Assembly: GCA_963762565.1 (NCBI GenBank)
Contig: CAVXLD010000007.1
Span: forward strand, 512,001-576,000
Reading direction: 5' to 3'
From: an uncultured Verrucomicrobiae bacterium
Lineage (GTDB): Bacteria; Verrucomicrobiota; Verrucomicrobiia; Chthoniobacterales; JAFAMB01
Length of the DNA: 64,000 nt
This document shows positions 9,414 through 20,274 of the stretch, piece after piece. A model generated the notes under the pieces. The model did not search any database and had not been told where the DNA came from. It saw only the letters and a list, made by a program, of their open reading frames with translations. The translations under genes and the position numbers were made by a program. Position 1 is the stretch's first letter; each line of letters begins with the position of its first letter.

Positions 9414-10511
9414 TTAGAACCCAAACTCTGCGAGCTCCACTGCCCGGCTTTCCTGCATCGAGCGATACCCGGCTTCGACCAGTGCCATGGTCTTTAGATT
9501 ATCGGATGCGGATAACATTGGCGGCGTTCCGGTCCTTAGAGCGTATTGCAATTGTTCCATCACACCGGCAAAGGCATGCGGGAACCATCTGGTGTCCCAG
9601 GATGGTTGGAACCAATGACCGTCGGTTGTTTTCCTGGAACAGTAGCGAAGAGTTGAAGGCGATCCCGTTGGGTAATCCGGCCATCCGATCGTGCCCTGTG
9701 CAATACCATCCAGGCCTTCCACTCTCCACTTGATGTAGATGTCTGAGTCGAAGCCTTCTTGGCGCGGTCCTGACCAAACATCTTCCATGCTGACCGCCAG
9801 AACTTCTGAAGGAAACTTGAGGGTAGAAACAGTGATGCCGTCGGTATGCTCAAATTCGGTGCGAGGATCTCGCCTGACGGCAGTGTAAATTTCCAAAGGA
9901 TCGCCAAAGAGAAATCGTAATACATCGAGATGATGAATGCTCATATTAAGCAACGTCAGCCGGTGGTACCCGGCAAGAAACGTTTGCCAATGCGGTATCG
10001 CCCGCATCTCGATCGTTCCCAGAACCGGCGTTCCAAGTTCGTCGTGTTCGAGCAACTGCTTGAGAACGCGCATCGATTGATCGAACCGCATGTTCTGGTT
10101 AACCGATAGCACCTTATCGGTTATAGCCGCTTCTTCGACGATCGCTTTCGCCTGATTTAAATCCATTGCCAGCGGTTTTTGGGCGAGGATGCCGCGTACG
10201 TGTTTTTGCTTCAGAGCATACCGAATTAAATCCGGTTGTTGGTCAGGCGGGAAAGCGATATCGACGATCTCAACGTCAGGGTCTTCTATCAGTTCTCGCG
10301 GTGTCTGATGGACGGTGGGGATCTTCCAACGCCTAGCCACCTCGGCCGCTTTTTCCGCTTGCCGCGAAGCGATCGCAACAACCGGGAAATGAGCCATTGC
10401 ATAAGCCGACAGCTGTACATCGGCCACGATAAAACCCGCACCAATACAGCCGATCTTAAAGTCTCTGCATCGGATCTCCGGGTCCGGTTCGAAATTTAGC
10501 TGCTTTGCCAT
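9414..10511 (-). CDS. Gfo/Idh/MocA family oxidoreductase
   Basis: IGCIGAGFI, AQKPLA, NQNMRF, IHHLD. Start MAKQL, since the longer ORF runs into the repeat. Confidence 0.92.
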   Translation of the reverse strand: MAKQLNFEPDPEIRCRDFKIGCIGAGFIVADVQLSAYAMAHFPVVAIASRQAEKAAEVARRWKIPTVHQTPRELIEDPDVEIVDIAFPPDQQPDLIRYALKQKHVRGILAQKPLAMDLNQAKAIVEEAAITDKVLSVNQNMRFDQSMRVLKQLLEHDELGTPVLGTIEMRAIPHWQTFLAGYHRLTLLNMSIHHLDVLRFLFGDPLEIYTAVRRDPRTEFEHTDGITVSTLKFPSEVLAVSMEDVWSGPRQEGFDSDIYIKWRVEGLDGIAQGTIGWPDYPTGSPSTLRYCSRKTTDGHWFQPSWDTRWFPHAFAGVMEQLQYALRTGTPPMLSASDNLKTMALVEAGYRSMQESRAVELAEFGF

Positions 10512-10525
10512 AGTGGGGGAATCAG

Positions 10526-11011
10526 TCACAATACGGAAAGGCCACAAAGATCACAAAGACAGACAATTTAAACAGGAGACAAGGGAGGCAACAGAGTTAT
10601 AGGTTTCAGTCCTTCGCAACCCAGCGTTTCAGAGGTCCTCCGTTTCCTCTTTACGTCCTGTTAAAGAATCCGTCTTCGTGACCTTTGTGATCTTTGTGTA
10701 TTGTGGCCTCTGTCCGTTTGCGGCTGCTTAGTCCGTTAGGCGTGTATAGGCCGCTGCGAGGAGTAGTATCACAATACGGAAAGGCCACAAAGATCACAAA
10801 GACAGACAATTTAAACAGGAGACAAGGGAGGCAACAGAGTTATAGGTTTCAGTCCTTCGCAACCCAGCGTTTCAGAGGTCCTCCGTTTCCTCTTTACGTC
10901 CTGTTAAAGAATCCGTCTTCGTGACCTTTGTGATCTTTGTGTATTGTGGCCTCTGTCCGTTTGCGGCTGCTTAGTCCGTTAGGCGTGTATAGGCCGCTGC
11001 GAGGAGTAGTA
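10526..11011. repeat. Perfect 243-bp tandem duplication containing a nested CACAAAG element and the 3' end of the permease gene
   Basis: 10526-10768 matches 10769-11011 with no mismatch seen. Each unit has CACAATACGGAAAG arms plus an inner TTAAACAGGA...TCCTGTTAAA inverted repeat. Confidence 0.9.
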
Positions 11012-11963
11012 TGATGGCGCCGTAAAGAATCTGGCGAACCGACTCGGGTACGTCGAGGAGGGTCAGAATGCTATTCAACACGGTCAGGATCAACGCCCCG
11101 ACAATAGTGCCGGAATAACCGCCTCGCCCGCCGAAGATCGAGGTGCCGCCGATGATCACGGCGGCGACTGACGGCAAGAGATAAACTTCTGCTAGCCTGA
11201 GCTCCGCGGAGTCGGTGCCCCCAACAATGATCAGTCCGGCGATGGCCGCGAGCAGTCCACAGGTGACATAGTTGACCAGGAGTATTCTCCACACGCGAAT
11301 ACCCGCCAGCGTGCATGCCTTGCTGTTGTCTCCGATTGCGTACAGCAGCCGCCCGTACCCGGTGCGTCGCAATACGAAGATCAGGATGATGGCGATCGGC
11401 ACCCAAATGATGAGATCATTCGGGATACCACCCAAGAACTTTCCGGCGCCCAGGTCCTCTATGAATTGCGGCACACGCGGTGCCTCGGCCATCTTTTTCT
11501 GGCTATAAACGACGAGCATTCCCTCCGTCATCAGTCCTGTTCCCAACGTCATCACCAAAGGTTGTACGCGCAGAAGTGCCACGCCGATTCCGTTGAGCAA
11601 GCCGACGACAAAGCCAACGCCGAGTCCATAAATTATTGCTAGCGCGACTCCCAGGCCGGAATGAGTCGCCATCAGGTAAGCAGAGGCAGTCGCCACGCTC
11701 GCGACGGAAAGATCAATTCCTCCGGTCAGCATGACCAGTGTCTGCCCGGCAGCGACGATTCCGAGCGGCGCCGCGAACAGGAGCATGTTGGATATCCAGA
11801 TCGGGTTGACTGTTCCAGGCCGAGCCATCTGAATACCGGCCACTAACACCAACAGCAGCAGAATCAGGGCAATAATTGTACGGGTACGCAGCAGCGATAC
11901 GAAGCCGCCACTGGTGATACCGACGATAACACGCGAGAAGACGGTTTTAGATCGCTCGCTCAT
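10971..11963 (-). CDS. Sugar ABC transporter permease (RbsC/CUT2)
   Basis: GGIDLSV, YAIGDN..A..LAGI, VAAVIIGGTSIFGGRG. Confidence 0.93.
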   Translation of the reverse strand: MSERSKTVFSRVIVGITSGGFVSLLRTRTIIALILLLLVLVAGIQMARPGTVNPIWISNMLLFAAPLGIVAAGQTLVMLTGGIDLSVASVATASAYLMATHSGLGVALAIIYGLGVGFVVGLLNGIGVALLRVQPLVMTLGTGLMTEGMLVVYSQKKMAEAPRVPQFIEDLGAGKFLGGIPNDLIIWVPIAIILIFVLRRTGYGRLLYAIGDNSKACTLAGIRVWRILLVNYVTCGLLAAIAGLIIVGGTDSAELRLAEVYLLPSVAAVIIGGTSIFGGRGGYSGTIVGALILTVLNSILTLLDVPESVRQILYGAIILLLAAAYTRLTD

Positions 11964-12955
11964 TTACGGTTTCGTTCCATCTCCACGAATCCGCCAATCA
12001 TCACGATCACGACGATCAGGGTGCCTTGGATCACTTGGCCGAAATTGGGATCGATATTCAGGAAAATCAGATCGGTCGGAATTAGGGTGAGCACGAATGC
12101 AGCCATTACCGGCCCGAGCATTCCGCCGCGTCCGCCGGCCAGGCTGACTCCTCCAACCACGACGGCCGCCAATCCGCTCAACGTGTAGTAGACCCCGGCG
12201 AGCGGCGCTCCGATTCCGGTCGTCATGGTCAGGCCAAGACCGCCGACGGCACTGAACAAGCCGGAAAATATGTAAGCGGCAAAGCGGGTACGATTGATGT
12301 TAACTCCGCTCCGGAAGGCCGCGGTGCGGTCGCTGCCGACCGCATAGAGCTGAAGCCCAAGCTTAGACCGGCGCAAAGGAATCCAGATCGCGCAGACAGC
12401 GACCACGAGCAGCACCAGAGCGTTCGGTAACCAGGCTGTGAGCAGTGTCCCCGTCCCGAGATTGAGGAATTCCTGTGGTGCCCCACCGCCCGGCTTCTCC
12501 ATGATGACAAGCGCGACGCCTCCCCAGATGAATCCCGTCGTCAGGGTCGCCACGACGTCTGGGATCCGAGACAGTATCACGATCAGACCATTCAAGGCGC
12601 CGATAGCTGCTCCGGCGATCAGAACCACCACAGCCAGGAGCAAGGATTCCGCGAAGCCCGCCTTCTCCATAGCGCTGGCCGCCAAAACATTGGCAACCGC
12701 CATCGCTGAGCCGATTGAAAGATCGATTCCGCCAGCGATCACCACGACGCTCTGTGCTGCGGCGGCGAACGCCAGCGGCAGGGCTCCCATGGCCAGCGAT
12801 TGCAGATCGAAGTCGGAGAACTGTGGATGAATGGCCACAGTGATCGCTAGAGACACAACGAGCAAGGCGGGCATGGAAAACAGGCCCGGGTCACGCCGCA
12901 GCGAACGCCGGAGACGTTGGGCGAGACCCATATTCGGTGCCGCGGGAACAGACAT
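11960..12955 (-). CDS. Sugar ABC transporter permease (RbsC/CUT2)
   Basis: GGIDLSIG, YAVGS...AAFRSGV, AAVVVGGVSLAGGRG. Confidence 0.93.
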   Translation of the reverse strand: MSVPAAPNMGLAQRLRRSLRRDPGLFSMPALLVVSLAITVAIHPQFSDFDLQSLAMGALPLAFAAAAQSVVVIAGGIDLSIGSAMAVANVLAASAMEKAGFAESLLLAVVVLIAGAAIGALNGLIVILSRIPDVVATLTTGFIWGGVALVIMEKPGGGAPQEFLNLGTGTLLTAWLPNALVLLVVAVCAIWIPLRRSKLGLQLYAVGSDRTAAFRSGVNINRTRFAAYIFSGLFSAVGGLGLTMTTGIGAPLAGVYYTLSGLAAVVVGGVSLAGGRGGMLGPVMAAFVLTLIPTDLIFLNIDPNFGQVIQGTLIVVIVMIGGFVEMERNRK

Positions 12956-12979
12956 TACCGACGATCCACCTCCAAAACG

Positions 12980-13068
12980 TCACAATACGGAAAGGCCACA
13001 AAGACAGAAACTAAAAACCGGATTCCTAGCCTCAGTCTTTGTGTCCTTTGTGACCTTTCCGTATTGTG
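12980..13068. repeat. Gene-less CACAAAG palindromic element
   Basis: tcacaatacggaaaggccacaaagac ... gtctttgtgtcctttgtgacctttccgtattgtg. Confidence 0.9.
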
Positions 13069-13097
13069 GATTTTCTGCATTTCTTCGGAGGACCTCA

Positions 13098-14600
13098 TCA
13101 TGACGAAGATTCGACCGAGGGAGCGAGGCCATGGGCGGAGCGCAACAGCGTGGCTTCATCAGCCTCAGACACCGGCATCTCGGCGACCACGCGCCCGCCG
13201 AACAGCACGATTGCCCGGTCGCACGCGAGCGGAATCTCTGGAAGCTCAGAAGTGAACAACAGCACTGCAGACCCCGCAGCTGCTATTTCTCGGACCAACG
13301 CGTAGATCTGGCGTTTCGTGCGAATGTCGATGCCGCGAGTGGGATCAAAACAAAGCAAGATATCAAAACCGCTGGCGAGCCAGCGCGCGACCACTACTTT
13401 CTGCTGGTTGCCGCCGCTCAGGCGGCGCAATTCCGATCCGGCCCGGGTGTCGATCTGGAGACGTTCGATTGCGGATGCTACTCGCTTTCGCTCCTCGCGA
13501 AACCTGATCGGACCCCAGTTCCGAATGCGGCGGAAAGCAGGCAAGGCAATATTTTCTGGGATCGGTCGTTGCTGCAGGAGAGCTAACAACCGGTTCGCCG
13601 GCACGAGCACGACACCGGCTGCTATCGCGTCTGCGGGGTGGCGAAGTCTCAATTCCTTTCCACGCGCAAAGATGGCGCCTTGGTCGTAGCGACGACTTCC
13701 GGCGATGCAATCGAATAATTCCTCCTGGCCCTGGCCCTCCAATGCGGCAACTCCAAGGACCTCACCTGGGTAGACCTTGAAGGAGACATCGTTGACCTGG
13801 GGAATGCAGCGCAGCCTGCGTACTTCCAAGGCCGGTTGCGCGTCGTCTGCCTTCAGATGCGGCGGGCGGGTTGAAGGCGCGGAGGCGACCGCTCGGGCTG
13901 TCTCAGCCCCCAACATGAGCGCCACGATACGCTCCTCGCTGCCGTGCGCGCGCTCGGTCACACCGGCCGTAACGCCATCGCGCAAAACCGTCGCCCGGTC
14001 GCACAGGGCCGATACCTCGGCCATACGGTGGGAAATGAAGATCACGGCGTTGCCTTTCTCTCGCCAACGCTTCACCATCGCGTAAATCTGTTCGGAGAGA
14101 TCTGCAGGCAGGGAAGCCGTGATTTCGTCGAGCAGTAGGACGGCGGGTTCCCACGACAGGGCCCGAGCAAGATCAATGAGGCGCAGCGTGGGGTCGGGCA
14201 AATCACGGACCAAGAGGCCGAAATCGAGCTTAGCGACGCCGAGTTCTGCCAGCCATTTGCGTACGGCATCGATGGGGACGCCTGCGAGGCGCATATTCTG
14301 AGTGACCGTCAGGTCCGGCACGAGCGCCGGATCTTGATAGACTGAAACAATCCCTGCGCGGCGCGCTTCAACCGGGGATCGGAACGAACGAACTGCGCCC
14401 TTTATCAGGACCTGACCGCCATCGGCCGGAAAGACGCCGGTGATGATTTTCACTAATGTACTCTTACCGGCGCCGTTCGCTCCCATTAGACCGTGAACCT
14501 CGCCTGGGCGCACCTGAAGCGAGGCGGCTTTGAGCGCAACGACCGAATCGAACCTTTTTGCCACATCGCGGGCCTCAAGAAGAAGGGTCGCTTCGCTCAT
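13098..14600 (-). CDS. Sugar ABC transporter ATP-binding protein (RbsA-like, two NBDs)
   Basis: GANGAGKST, LLLDE, ISHR, LSGGNQQKV, DPTRGIDI. Confidence 0.95.
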   Translation of the reverse strand: MSEATLLLEARDVAKRFDSVVALKAASLQVRPGEVHGLMGANGAGKSTLVKIITGVFPADGGQVLIKGAVRSFRSPVEARRAGIVSVYQDPALVPDLTVTQNMRLAGVPIDAVRKWLAELGVAKLDFGLLVRDLPDPTLRLIDLARALSWEPAVLLLDEITASLPADLSEQIYAMVKRWREKGNAVIFISHRMAEVSALCDRATVLRDGVTAGVTERAHGSEERIVALMLGAETARAVASAPSTRPPHLKADDAQPALEVRRLRCIPQVNDVSFKVYPGEVLGVAALEGQGQEELFDCIAGSRRYDQGAIFARGKELRLRHPADAIAAGVVLVPANRLLALLQQRPIPENIALPAFRRIRNWGPIRFREERKRVASAIERLQIDTRAGSELRRLSGGNQQKVVVARWLASGFDILLCFDPTRGIDIRTKRQIYALVREIAAAGSAVLLFTSELPEIPLACDRAIVLFGGRVVAEMPVSEADEATLLRSAHGLAPSVESSS

Positions 14601-14668
14601 TGAATTACGGGACTGCCCAACGCGGGTTCAGATGCTGTCTGCCGTGACCATCGAAATGGTCCTAAGAG

Positions 14669-14945
14669 AATAGCCAGGTCTTTAGGCCTGGGAATAGGGC
14701 GTAATCATTGCCGCCCTGAAAGGGCGGCCGACGGGAACTGGTCATAGTAGCCAATCCGAGGCCGTTGTGGGACTGAGCCTGCAAACGGACGATCCATTTG
14801 ATCTGCAAATTATGGTCTTAGCCAATTTTGCTTCTCGGCATAAACCAGCACGCTCGGTCAGTCGCCCTTACAGGGCGGGCTTTGTTATGACTGAATCCCA
14901 GGCCAAAAGGCCTGGGCTATTATGAATAGCCGCTTCGCGGCAAAA
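14669..14945. repeat. Multi-hairpin REP-like palindromic element
   Basis: atagccagg..ggcctggga and gccctgaaggggc on the left are mirrored by gcccttacagggc and tcccaggcc-aaaa-ggcctgggctat on the right. Confidence 0.7.
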
Positions 14946-15021
14946 TCCGATCCCTTGTCACCAACTGTCGGTGATCGCAGGATAAAGTACCGCGAGGCTT
15001 CGCGTGAAGGAGTCCGAGCCT

Positions 15022-16056
15022 TTATTCACCCGGCCCTTTGCAGGCCTTCTCTTGATCGAGAGTATAATGCGTATATGGGTCGACCGGGCTGTACACAGGA
15101 TAATTCGGATCCACCTTCGGGTCGTAAAGCGACTTCAGCCAATCCTGGCCTTCAGCCGTTGTACTGTCGTACACCTTCGGCGTGAGATGAGTAACCCGCG
15201 GCACCTTTTTCCCCGCCAGAACATCGAGGGCTATACTGAGGCCGGCTCCGCCCACGGCCGGCGGATTGGTTACGTTGATCCCTACGAGGCCAGCATCCTT
15301 CATGTCGATCTCCTGACCCATGAATCCATTGTTGTCGGCGCCAACGATCGGCACGTATTTCAGGTTTGCGGTCTTATAGGCATCGACGACCGCCTTATCA
15401 ATGCCCGAAGTCCAGATGCCATCGATCTGTTTGCCGGAACTGATCAGGTCTTTCGTTTCCTGCGCTGCCTTATCCGGTGACCAACCGGTGAAGACCGACG
15501 CCACAACCTTGATATCGGGATAGCTTTTGAGTGCTGCAGTGAAGCCCTCGTGGCGATCGGCATCGGCTGGCACGCCATCGATTCCGCGCATCTCGACGAC
15601 ATTGCCCTTACCGCCGAGCTTCTTGAACAACGCCTCCGCCCCGAGACGGCCGTAGGCGGTCTGATCGTTGGTCACAACGTAAGCCGAGGGTGCGTCAACG
15701 GCCTGGTCGACGGCCACCACCACGATCTTCCTGTCGGTTGCCTGCTTAATCACAGGATCTAGTGCTTTGCGATCGGACGGATTGACAATGATGATGTTGA
15801 CCCCGGCCGAGATCAGATTGCGCAGATCAGCGATCTGCTCAGATGGTCCACCGTTACGGTTGGCCAGGATAATCTTGGAAACCTTACCCGATGCCAAGGC
15901 TTCTGCCTTGATCGAGCAAACCATTTCCTCGCGCCAACCGTTCCCTACTAATGTATTAGAAACGCCAACTACGTACTGCTCGGCCGCGGGGGCATGACTA
16001 GCCACCGTCATAACAGCGCCAAGAAACAGGGGCAAATAACTGCTGACTTTCCTCAT
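15022..16056 (-). CDS. Sugar ABC transporter substrate-binding protein (periplasmic binding fold type I)
   Basis: Signal peptide, GVSN...GNGWRE, IIVNP, VVAVDQ, ADRHEGF. Heads the CUT2 operon. Confidence 0.93.
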   Translation of the reverse strand: MRKVSSYLPLFLGAVMTVASHAPAAEQYVVGVSNTLVGNGWREEMVCSIKAEALASGKVSKIILANRNGGPSEQIADLRNLISAGVNIIIVNPSDRKALDPVIKQATDRKIVVVAVDQAVDAPSAYVVTNDQTAYGRLGAEALFKKLGGKGNVVEMRGIDGVPADADRHEGFTAALKSYPDIKVVASVFTGWSPDKAAQETKDLISSGKQIDGIWTSGIDKAVVDAYKTANLKYVPIVGADNNGFMGQEIDMKDAGLVGINVTNPPAVGGAGLSIALDVLAGKKVPRVTHLTPKVYDSTTAEGQDWLKSLYDPKVDPNYPVYSPVDPYTHYTLDQEKACKGPGE

Positions 16057-16196
16057 GGATTGAGACTTAGCTTGATTGTTCGAACGTTAATGGGGGGAGC
16101 GATCTTTGTCGAAAACGGACCACGATCGCGAATTAATGATGATCGCAAAAAAATTCGTTCCCTGTCAAACCGCCTCTTTAGAACAGGGGCAATATA

Positions 16197-16348
16197 ACGG
16201 TACGGAAAGATCACAAAGGCCACAAAGACTAAGTCAAGGTTGGCGGTAAGGCTGCCAGCAGGGCTAAACTTTGGAACATCTTCAGCAGGTTCCATTTTCG
16301 GTCTTTGTGACCTTTGTGATCTTTCCGTATTGTGACATCCTGCCGGTT
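16197..16348. repeat. CACAAAG element (left border of a two-gene cassette)
   Basis: tacggaaagatcacaaaggccacaaagac ... gtctttgtgacctttgtgatctttccgtattgtgacatcctgccggtt. Confidence 0.85.
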
Positions 16349-16360
16349 GTTTCCCCCCCA

Positions 16361-17548
16361 ATGATATCTAACAAGACTGCAGCTGTAGTCGGCACCGGAT
16401 TCATCGGCCCGGTCCATGTCGAGGCGCTTCGGCGGCTCGGGATTCGCGTAAAAGGCATACTTGGTAGTTCGCCCGCGAAAAGTGAAATGGCGGCCAAGCA
16501 GCTGGGACTAGCGAAAGGATATGCCAGCTATAAAGAGATTCTTTCGGACCCAGAGATAGAAGTCGTCCACATCACGACACCCAATCGCCAGCACCGACAT
16601 ATGGTCATTGGCGCGATTGATGCCGGGAAACACGTGGTCTGCGAGAAGCCGCTCGCCACCAACTCGGTGGAGACGTCGGAATTAGTCGAGCGAGCACGGA
16701 AGAACCCGGCCTTGGTCACAGCCGTCAACTACAACGTCCGATTTTATCCTCTGGCTCTCCATGCCCGCCATTTGCTGCAAAGCGGCGCGATCGGTCGCGT
16801 GTTACACGTAAGGGGCGCGTACATGCAGGATTGGCTGCTGAAGGATACAGATTGGAACTGGCGATTGCTCGTGGAGGAGGGGGGCAAACTGCGAGCCGTG
16901 GGCGACATCGGGACCCATTGGATGGATCTAATCCTCTTCATAACCGGTTTGCGAATCGATTCGGTTTTTGCCGATCTGGCGACCCTCATTCCGATCCGGC
17001 AGCGAGCGAAAGTAGCAGGCGCAACTTTCCAAGGGACAGGAGGACAACCGGACGAGCAGGAGCTGGTTCCTACCGCCGAACCAATCCGGATCGAGACCGA
17101 GGACTGGGGATCGGTACTCTTCCGATTTGCTAACGGTGCCCGTGGTTCAATGTGTGTTTCACAGGTTACCGCCGGCCGGAAAAATCAAATCACTTTTGAA
17201 ATAGCCGGTTCAGAAGGATCGCTGGCTTGGGACTCAGAGCATCCGAATGATCTCTGGCTCGGCCACCGAGATAAACCGAACGAGCTCTTAATTCGGGATC
17301 CCTCCTTGCTCGCACAAGATATCCGCTCTTTTGCCAGCTATCCCGGCGGCCATAACGAAGGGTTTCCGGACACCTTCAAGCAACTTTATCGAGCGATTTA
17401 TGAGTATCTTGGCGAGGGTGATTTTTCGCGTCCAAAAATCTTCGCGGGATTTGAAGATGGTCACGAAGAACTGCTGCTCTGTGAAGCGATCCTCGAAAGT
17501 CACCGGACCCAAGCTTGGGTCCCGGTAAAAAGAAATTCGTCCCAGTAA
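16361..17548 (+). CDS. Gfo/Idh/MocA family oxidoreductase
   Basis: [36 protein letters not shown]. Start MISNK at 16361. Confidence 0.93.
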   Translation: MISNKTAAVVGTGFIGPVHVEALRRLGIRVKGILGSSPAKSEMAAKQLGLAKGYASYKEILSDPEIEVVHITTPNRQHRHMVIGAIDAGKHVVCEKPLATNSVETSELVERARKNPALVTAVNYNVRFYPLALHARHLLQSGAIGRVLHVRGAYMQDWLLKDTDWNWRLLVEEGGKLRAVGDIGTHWMDLILFITGLRIDSVFADLATLIPIRQRAKVAGATFQGTGGQPDEQELVPTAEPIRIETEDWGSVLFRFANGARGSMCVSQVTAGRKNQITFEIAGSEGSLAWDSEHPNDLWLGHRDKPNELLIRDPSLLAQDIRSFASYPGGHNEGFPDTFKQLYRAIYEYLGEGDFSRPKIFAGFEDGHEELLLCEAILESHRTQAWVPVKRNSSQ

Positions 17549-17578
17549 GAAGAACCCAAACAGAATCTTCATCCCACT

Positions 17579-18487
17579 ATGCAACTTGGATTCGTAACCG
17601 CGATTGTGCCGGAGTTGTCCCTGGAAGATGTCCTCTCGTTCGCTGCTACCGAGGGATTTCGATGTGTTGAGGTAATGTGCTGGCCGACGGGCAAGGCGGA
17701 AAGGCGTTACGCCGGCGTAACGCATCTGGATGTTACTTCATTTGATGAACGTGCGGTGACGCGGACGCAAGAATTAACCGTCAAATACGGAGTTCAGATC
17801 TCGAGCCTTGGCTATTACCCAAATCCGCTCTGCGCCGATCCCACCGAGCGGGCGACCTATGCGGACCACCTGCGGCTGGTTATCCAAGCATCAGCTCGTC
17901 TAGGAGTCGGCGTAGTGACGACATTCATCGGGCGGGATCATGTCAAATCCTTTGAAGAGAATTGGAAGCTATTCGATTCGGTCTGGAAACCGCTGATCGC
18001 CTTTGCTGGTGATCACAATGTCAAGGTGGGAATAGAGAATTGCCCGATGCTGTTTAGCGAGGACGAGTGGCCCGGCGGAAAAAACCTGGCTATCTCGCCC
18101 GAAATCTGGCGGCGCATGTTTGACGCTATCCCCAGCAAAAACTTCGGCCTCAACTTCGATCCCTCTCATTTGGTTTGGCAGAAGATCGATTACGTTCGAG
18201 CGATCCATGAATTTGAGGATCGAATCGTTCATGTACATGCCAAGGATGACAAAGCGCTTGGAGACCGGTTGTACGATCGTGGGATTTTGGGCCTCGGTTG
18301 GCATATCCCTAAACTCCCGGGATTCGGTGACGTCCAATGGAATCAATTTTTTTCCGCATTGACTGACATCGGGTATCGGGGTCCGGTCTGCGTGGAGGTC
18401 GAAGATCGCGCCTACGAATATTCGCTTGAAGGCAGGAAAAAAGCTCTCCGCCAATCCCATCAGTTTCTGAAACAGTTCGTCGTTTGA
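17579..18487 (+). CDS. Sugar phosphate isomerase/epimerase (TIM barrel)
   Basis: [31 protein letters not shown]. Confidence 0.92.
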   Translation: MQLGFVTAIVPELSLEDVLSFAATEGFRCVEVMCWPTGKAERRYAGVTHLDVTSFDERAVTRTQELTVKYGVQISSLGYYPNPLCADPTERATYADHLRLVIQASARLGVGVVTTFIGRDHVKSFEENWKLFDSVWKPLIAFAGDHNVKVGIENCPMLFSEDEWPGGKNLAISPEIWRRMFDAIPSKNFGLNFDPSHLVWQKIDYVRAIHEFEDRIVHVHAKDDKALGDRLYDRGILGLGWHIPKLPGFGDVQWNQFFSALTDIGYRGPVCVEVEDRAYEYSLEGRKKALRQSHQFLKQFVV

Positions 18488-18618
18488 ACCGGCAGGATGT
18501 CACAGTACAGAAAGATCACAAAGGCCACTAAGACTGAAGCCGGGGTCGGCGGAGGCAAGAATGCAAGCAGGGCTAAACTTTGGGACCTTTCAGCAGGTTC
18601 CGTTTTCCGTCTTGTGAG
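18487..18618. repeat. CACAAAG element (right border of the cassette, right arm degenerate)
   Basis: aaccggcaggatgtcacagtacagaaagatcacaaaggccac... The spacer agcagggctaaactttgg...ttcagcaggttcc is shared with 16197-16348. Confidence 0.8.
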
Positions 18619-18689
18619 ATTTGTTTGGGCACCACAAATCGCCGCCATCATCGGTTCCACTTTCTAGCGAATCACGGTAGAATCCGACC

Positions 18690-20264
18690 GTGATTGATGA
18701 TGTAGCAGTGATCGTTGATGTAACCTTGGTCGGGACCAGACCAACAGTTCACCGGTTGATTTCAATCCCATATGCCCTCCCGCTGAATCGCTTTCATTCC
18801 GTCCTCCAGGTCGTGATGGGGTGGGATGGACAGGCGGCACACATTTTTGCGGGCGGGGATCTGATCGCCGCTGACCCGAACGAGGTCTCCCTGCCGGATG
18901 GCGACCCCGAAGATGAGTCTCAGCTGATCGTGAAAGACCTTCTTCCTTTTGTTACCGCCGAGGCATGCTATTACTACGACCTCTCGACGGAATGGGCCCA
19001 TCGTCTCCGGTTTCTGGGATTCGACCATCAGCCTAGAACGAATGAAATCACACTGCTAAAGGCGCGTGGTAAATGTCCGGTCGAAAGCGCTGCGCTCCGG
19101 ACCTCGGCCCACGTCGCTAAACGGGGCGATAGGGCGAAGTCTGCGAAAAAGGGGAGCAGCAACCATTCGTCGAGCGTCCGAAAGAGCAAGTCAAACACGG
19201 AAAACAGTTCTGTCGATCTGGCGTCGATCAATGACGAGCTTACTCGCCTGAGTCGCCGTTGGCGGCGAAGGCGCCGCCCCCCGGCCAAGAACGGGAGTTC
19301 TGAAATGATATTGCTGGACACCGCAAAAATTCGCGCGGGCTACCTTTCGGATCTTCAGAACGTCAGAAATAGGGTCCTGGCAATCGAAGACGATCTGGCC
19401 CGGCACGAGTCTCAGGACGTTCCAGAACTCCGGCGTTACGTGAACATCGAATTTGGCCCGCGTTTCTCGATCATGCGCGAATTGCAACAAGAGATTGATT
19501 GGCTGGCTGCTCGCCTGGCCCTGGTGCAAAAATTGATGCAACACGGTGTCCGCCCCGTCGGCAAAGCGTACCTCCAGGCTATTCAGATAGAAACCGGTGA
19601 AGCGCCTTACCCGGATTTTCCTCCACAGCGTGACGAACCCCCGCTAGAGGTCTCTGAACCGGAAAACAGATTCGACCGCGAGACGATCAAGAATTTTATC
19701 TCGGAAACGGGCAACGAATTTATGACGGACGAAGAAGTCGAAGCGCTTACGGAAGATGTCCTGGAGGCAGCCGGCAAACGAGACCTCGTCGCGGAGTGCA
19801 AAAGTCTTTACCGAAAGATCGTTTCGTTACTGCATCCGGATCGAGCAGGAGAGATGACCTCGGAGAGAAAGGATCTGTGGTTGCGGGCCCAGGCTGCGTA
19901 TGCCGATGGCGACGTGCTCAGTTTGCGATCGATCTTGGATCGATGCGGAGCCGGTACGCGTGACCAATACTTGATCTGCTCGGAGATTATCGAAGCGATC
20001 GCGGAGGCCGCGGTCCAATTGCAAGCGATCGAGATGTTCCGCGAACGCGAGGCAAAGGAGGCGAGTTGGGATTTTTGTCGTTTAAGCGAGAAGAGGAGAA
20101 GGAGTCGTTTACGCCGCGTCACAAAGGATCTTGATGAGGAGGAGAATGACCTGAGAATCCAGGTGGCAGAGCTGCAAAGAGAATGTAAGAGCCTGGAAGA
20201 AAAGGCGAAGGATTGGGAGAGCCGCCAGGGAGATGGGACGGCGCAGATGGATCTGTTCCGGTGA
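18690..20264 (+). CDS. pRiA4b ORF-3-like domain fused to coiled-coil and J-domain-like (HPD) region
   Basis: N-terminal HRLI.IP...L..FHSVLQVVMGW...H.F...YYYD....W.H...G.CPVE. C-terminal LYRKIVSLLHPD..G....LW..AQ.AY..GD and long charged helices. Confidence 0.7.
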   Translation: MIDDVAVIVDVTLVGTRPTVHRLISIPYALPLNRFHSVLQVVMGWDGQAAHIFAGGDLIAADPNEVSLPDGDPEDESQLIVKDLLPFVTAEACYYYDLSTEWAHRLRFLGFDHQPRTNEITLLKARGKCPVESAALRTSAHVAKRGDRAKSAKKGSSNHSSSVRKSKSNTENSSVDLASINDELTRLSRRWRRRRRPPAKNGSSEMILLDTAKIRAGYLSDLQNVRNRVLAIEDDLARHESQDVPELRRYVNIEFGPRFSIMRELQQEIDWLAARLALVQKLMQHGVRPVGKAYLQAIQIETGEAPYPDFPPQRDEPPLEVSEPENRFDRETIKNFISETGNEFMTDEEVEALTEDVLEAAGKRDLVAECKSLYRKIVSLLHPDRAGEMTSERKDLWLRAQAAYADGDVLSLRSILDRCGAGTRDQYLICSEIIEAIAEAAVQLQAIEMFREREAKEASWDFCRLSEKRRRSRLRRVTKDLDEEENDLRIQVAELQRECKSLEEKAKDWESRQGDGTAQMDLFR

Positions 20265-20274
20265 GGGCTGGGGG

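Noticed and set aside
6900..11011. Duplicated gene tails as DGR template/variable repeats
   Set aside because: No reverse transcriptase is in the window. Differences are not adenine-specific at 6900/7181, and the 10526 copies are identical.
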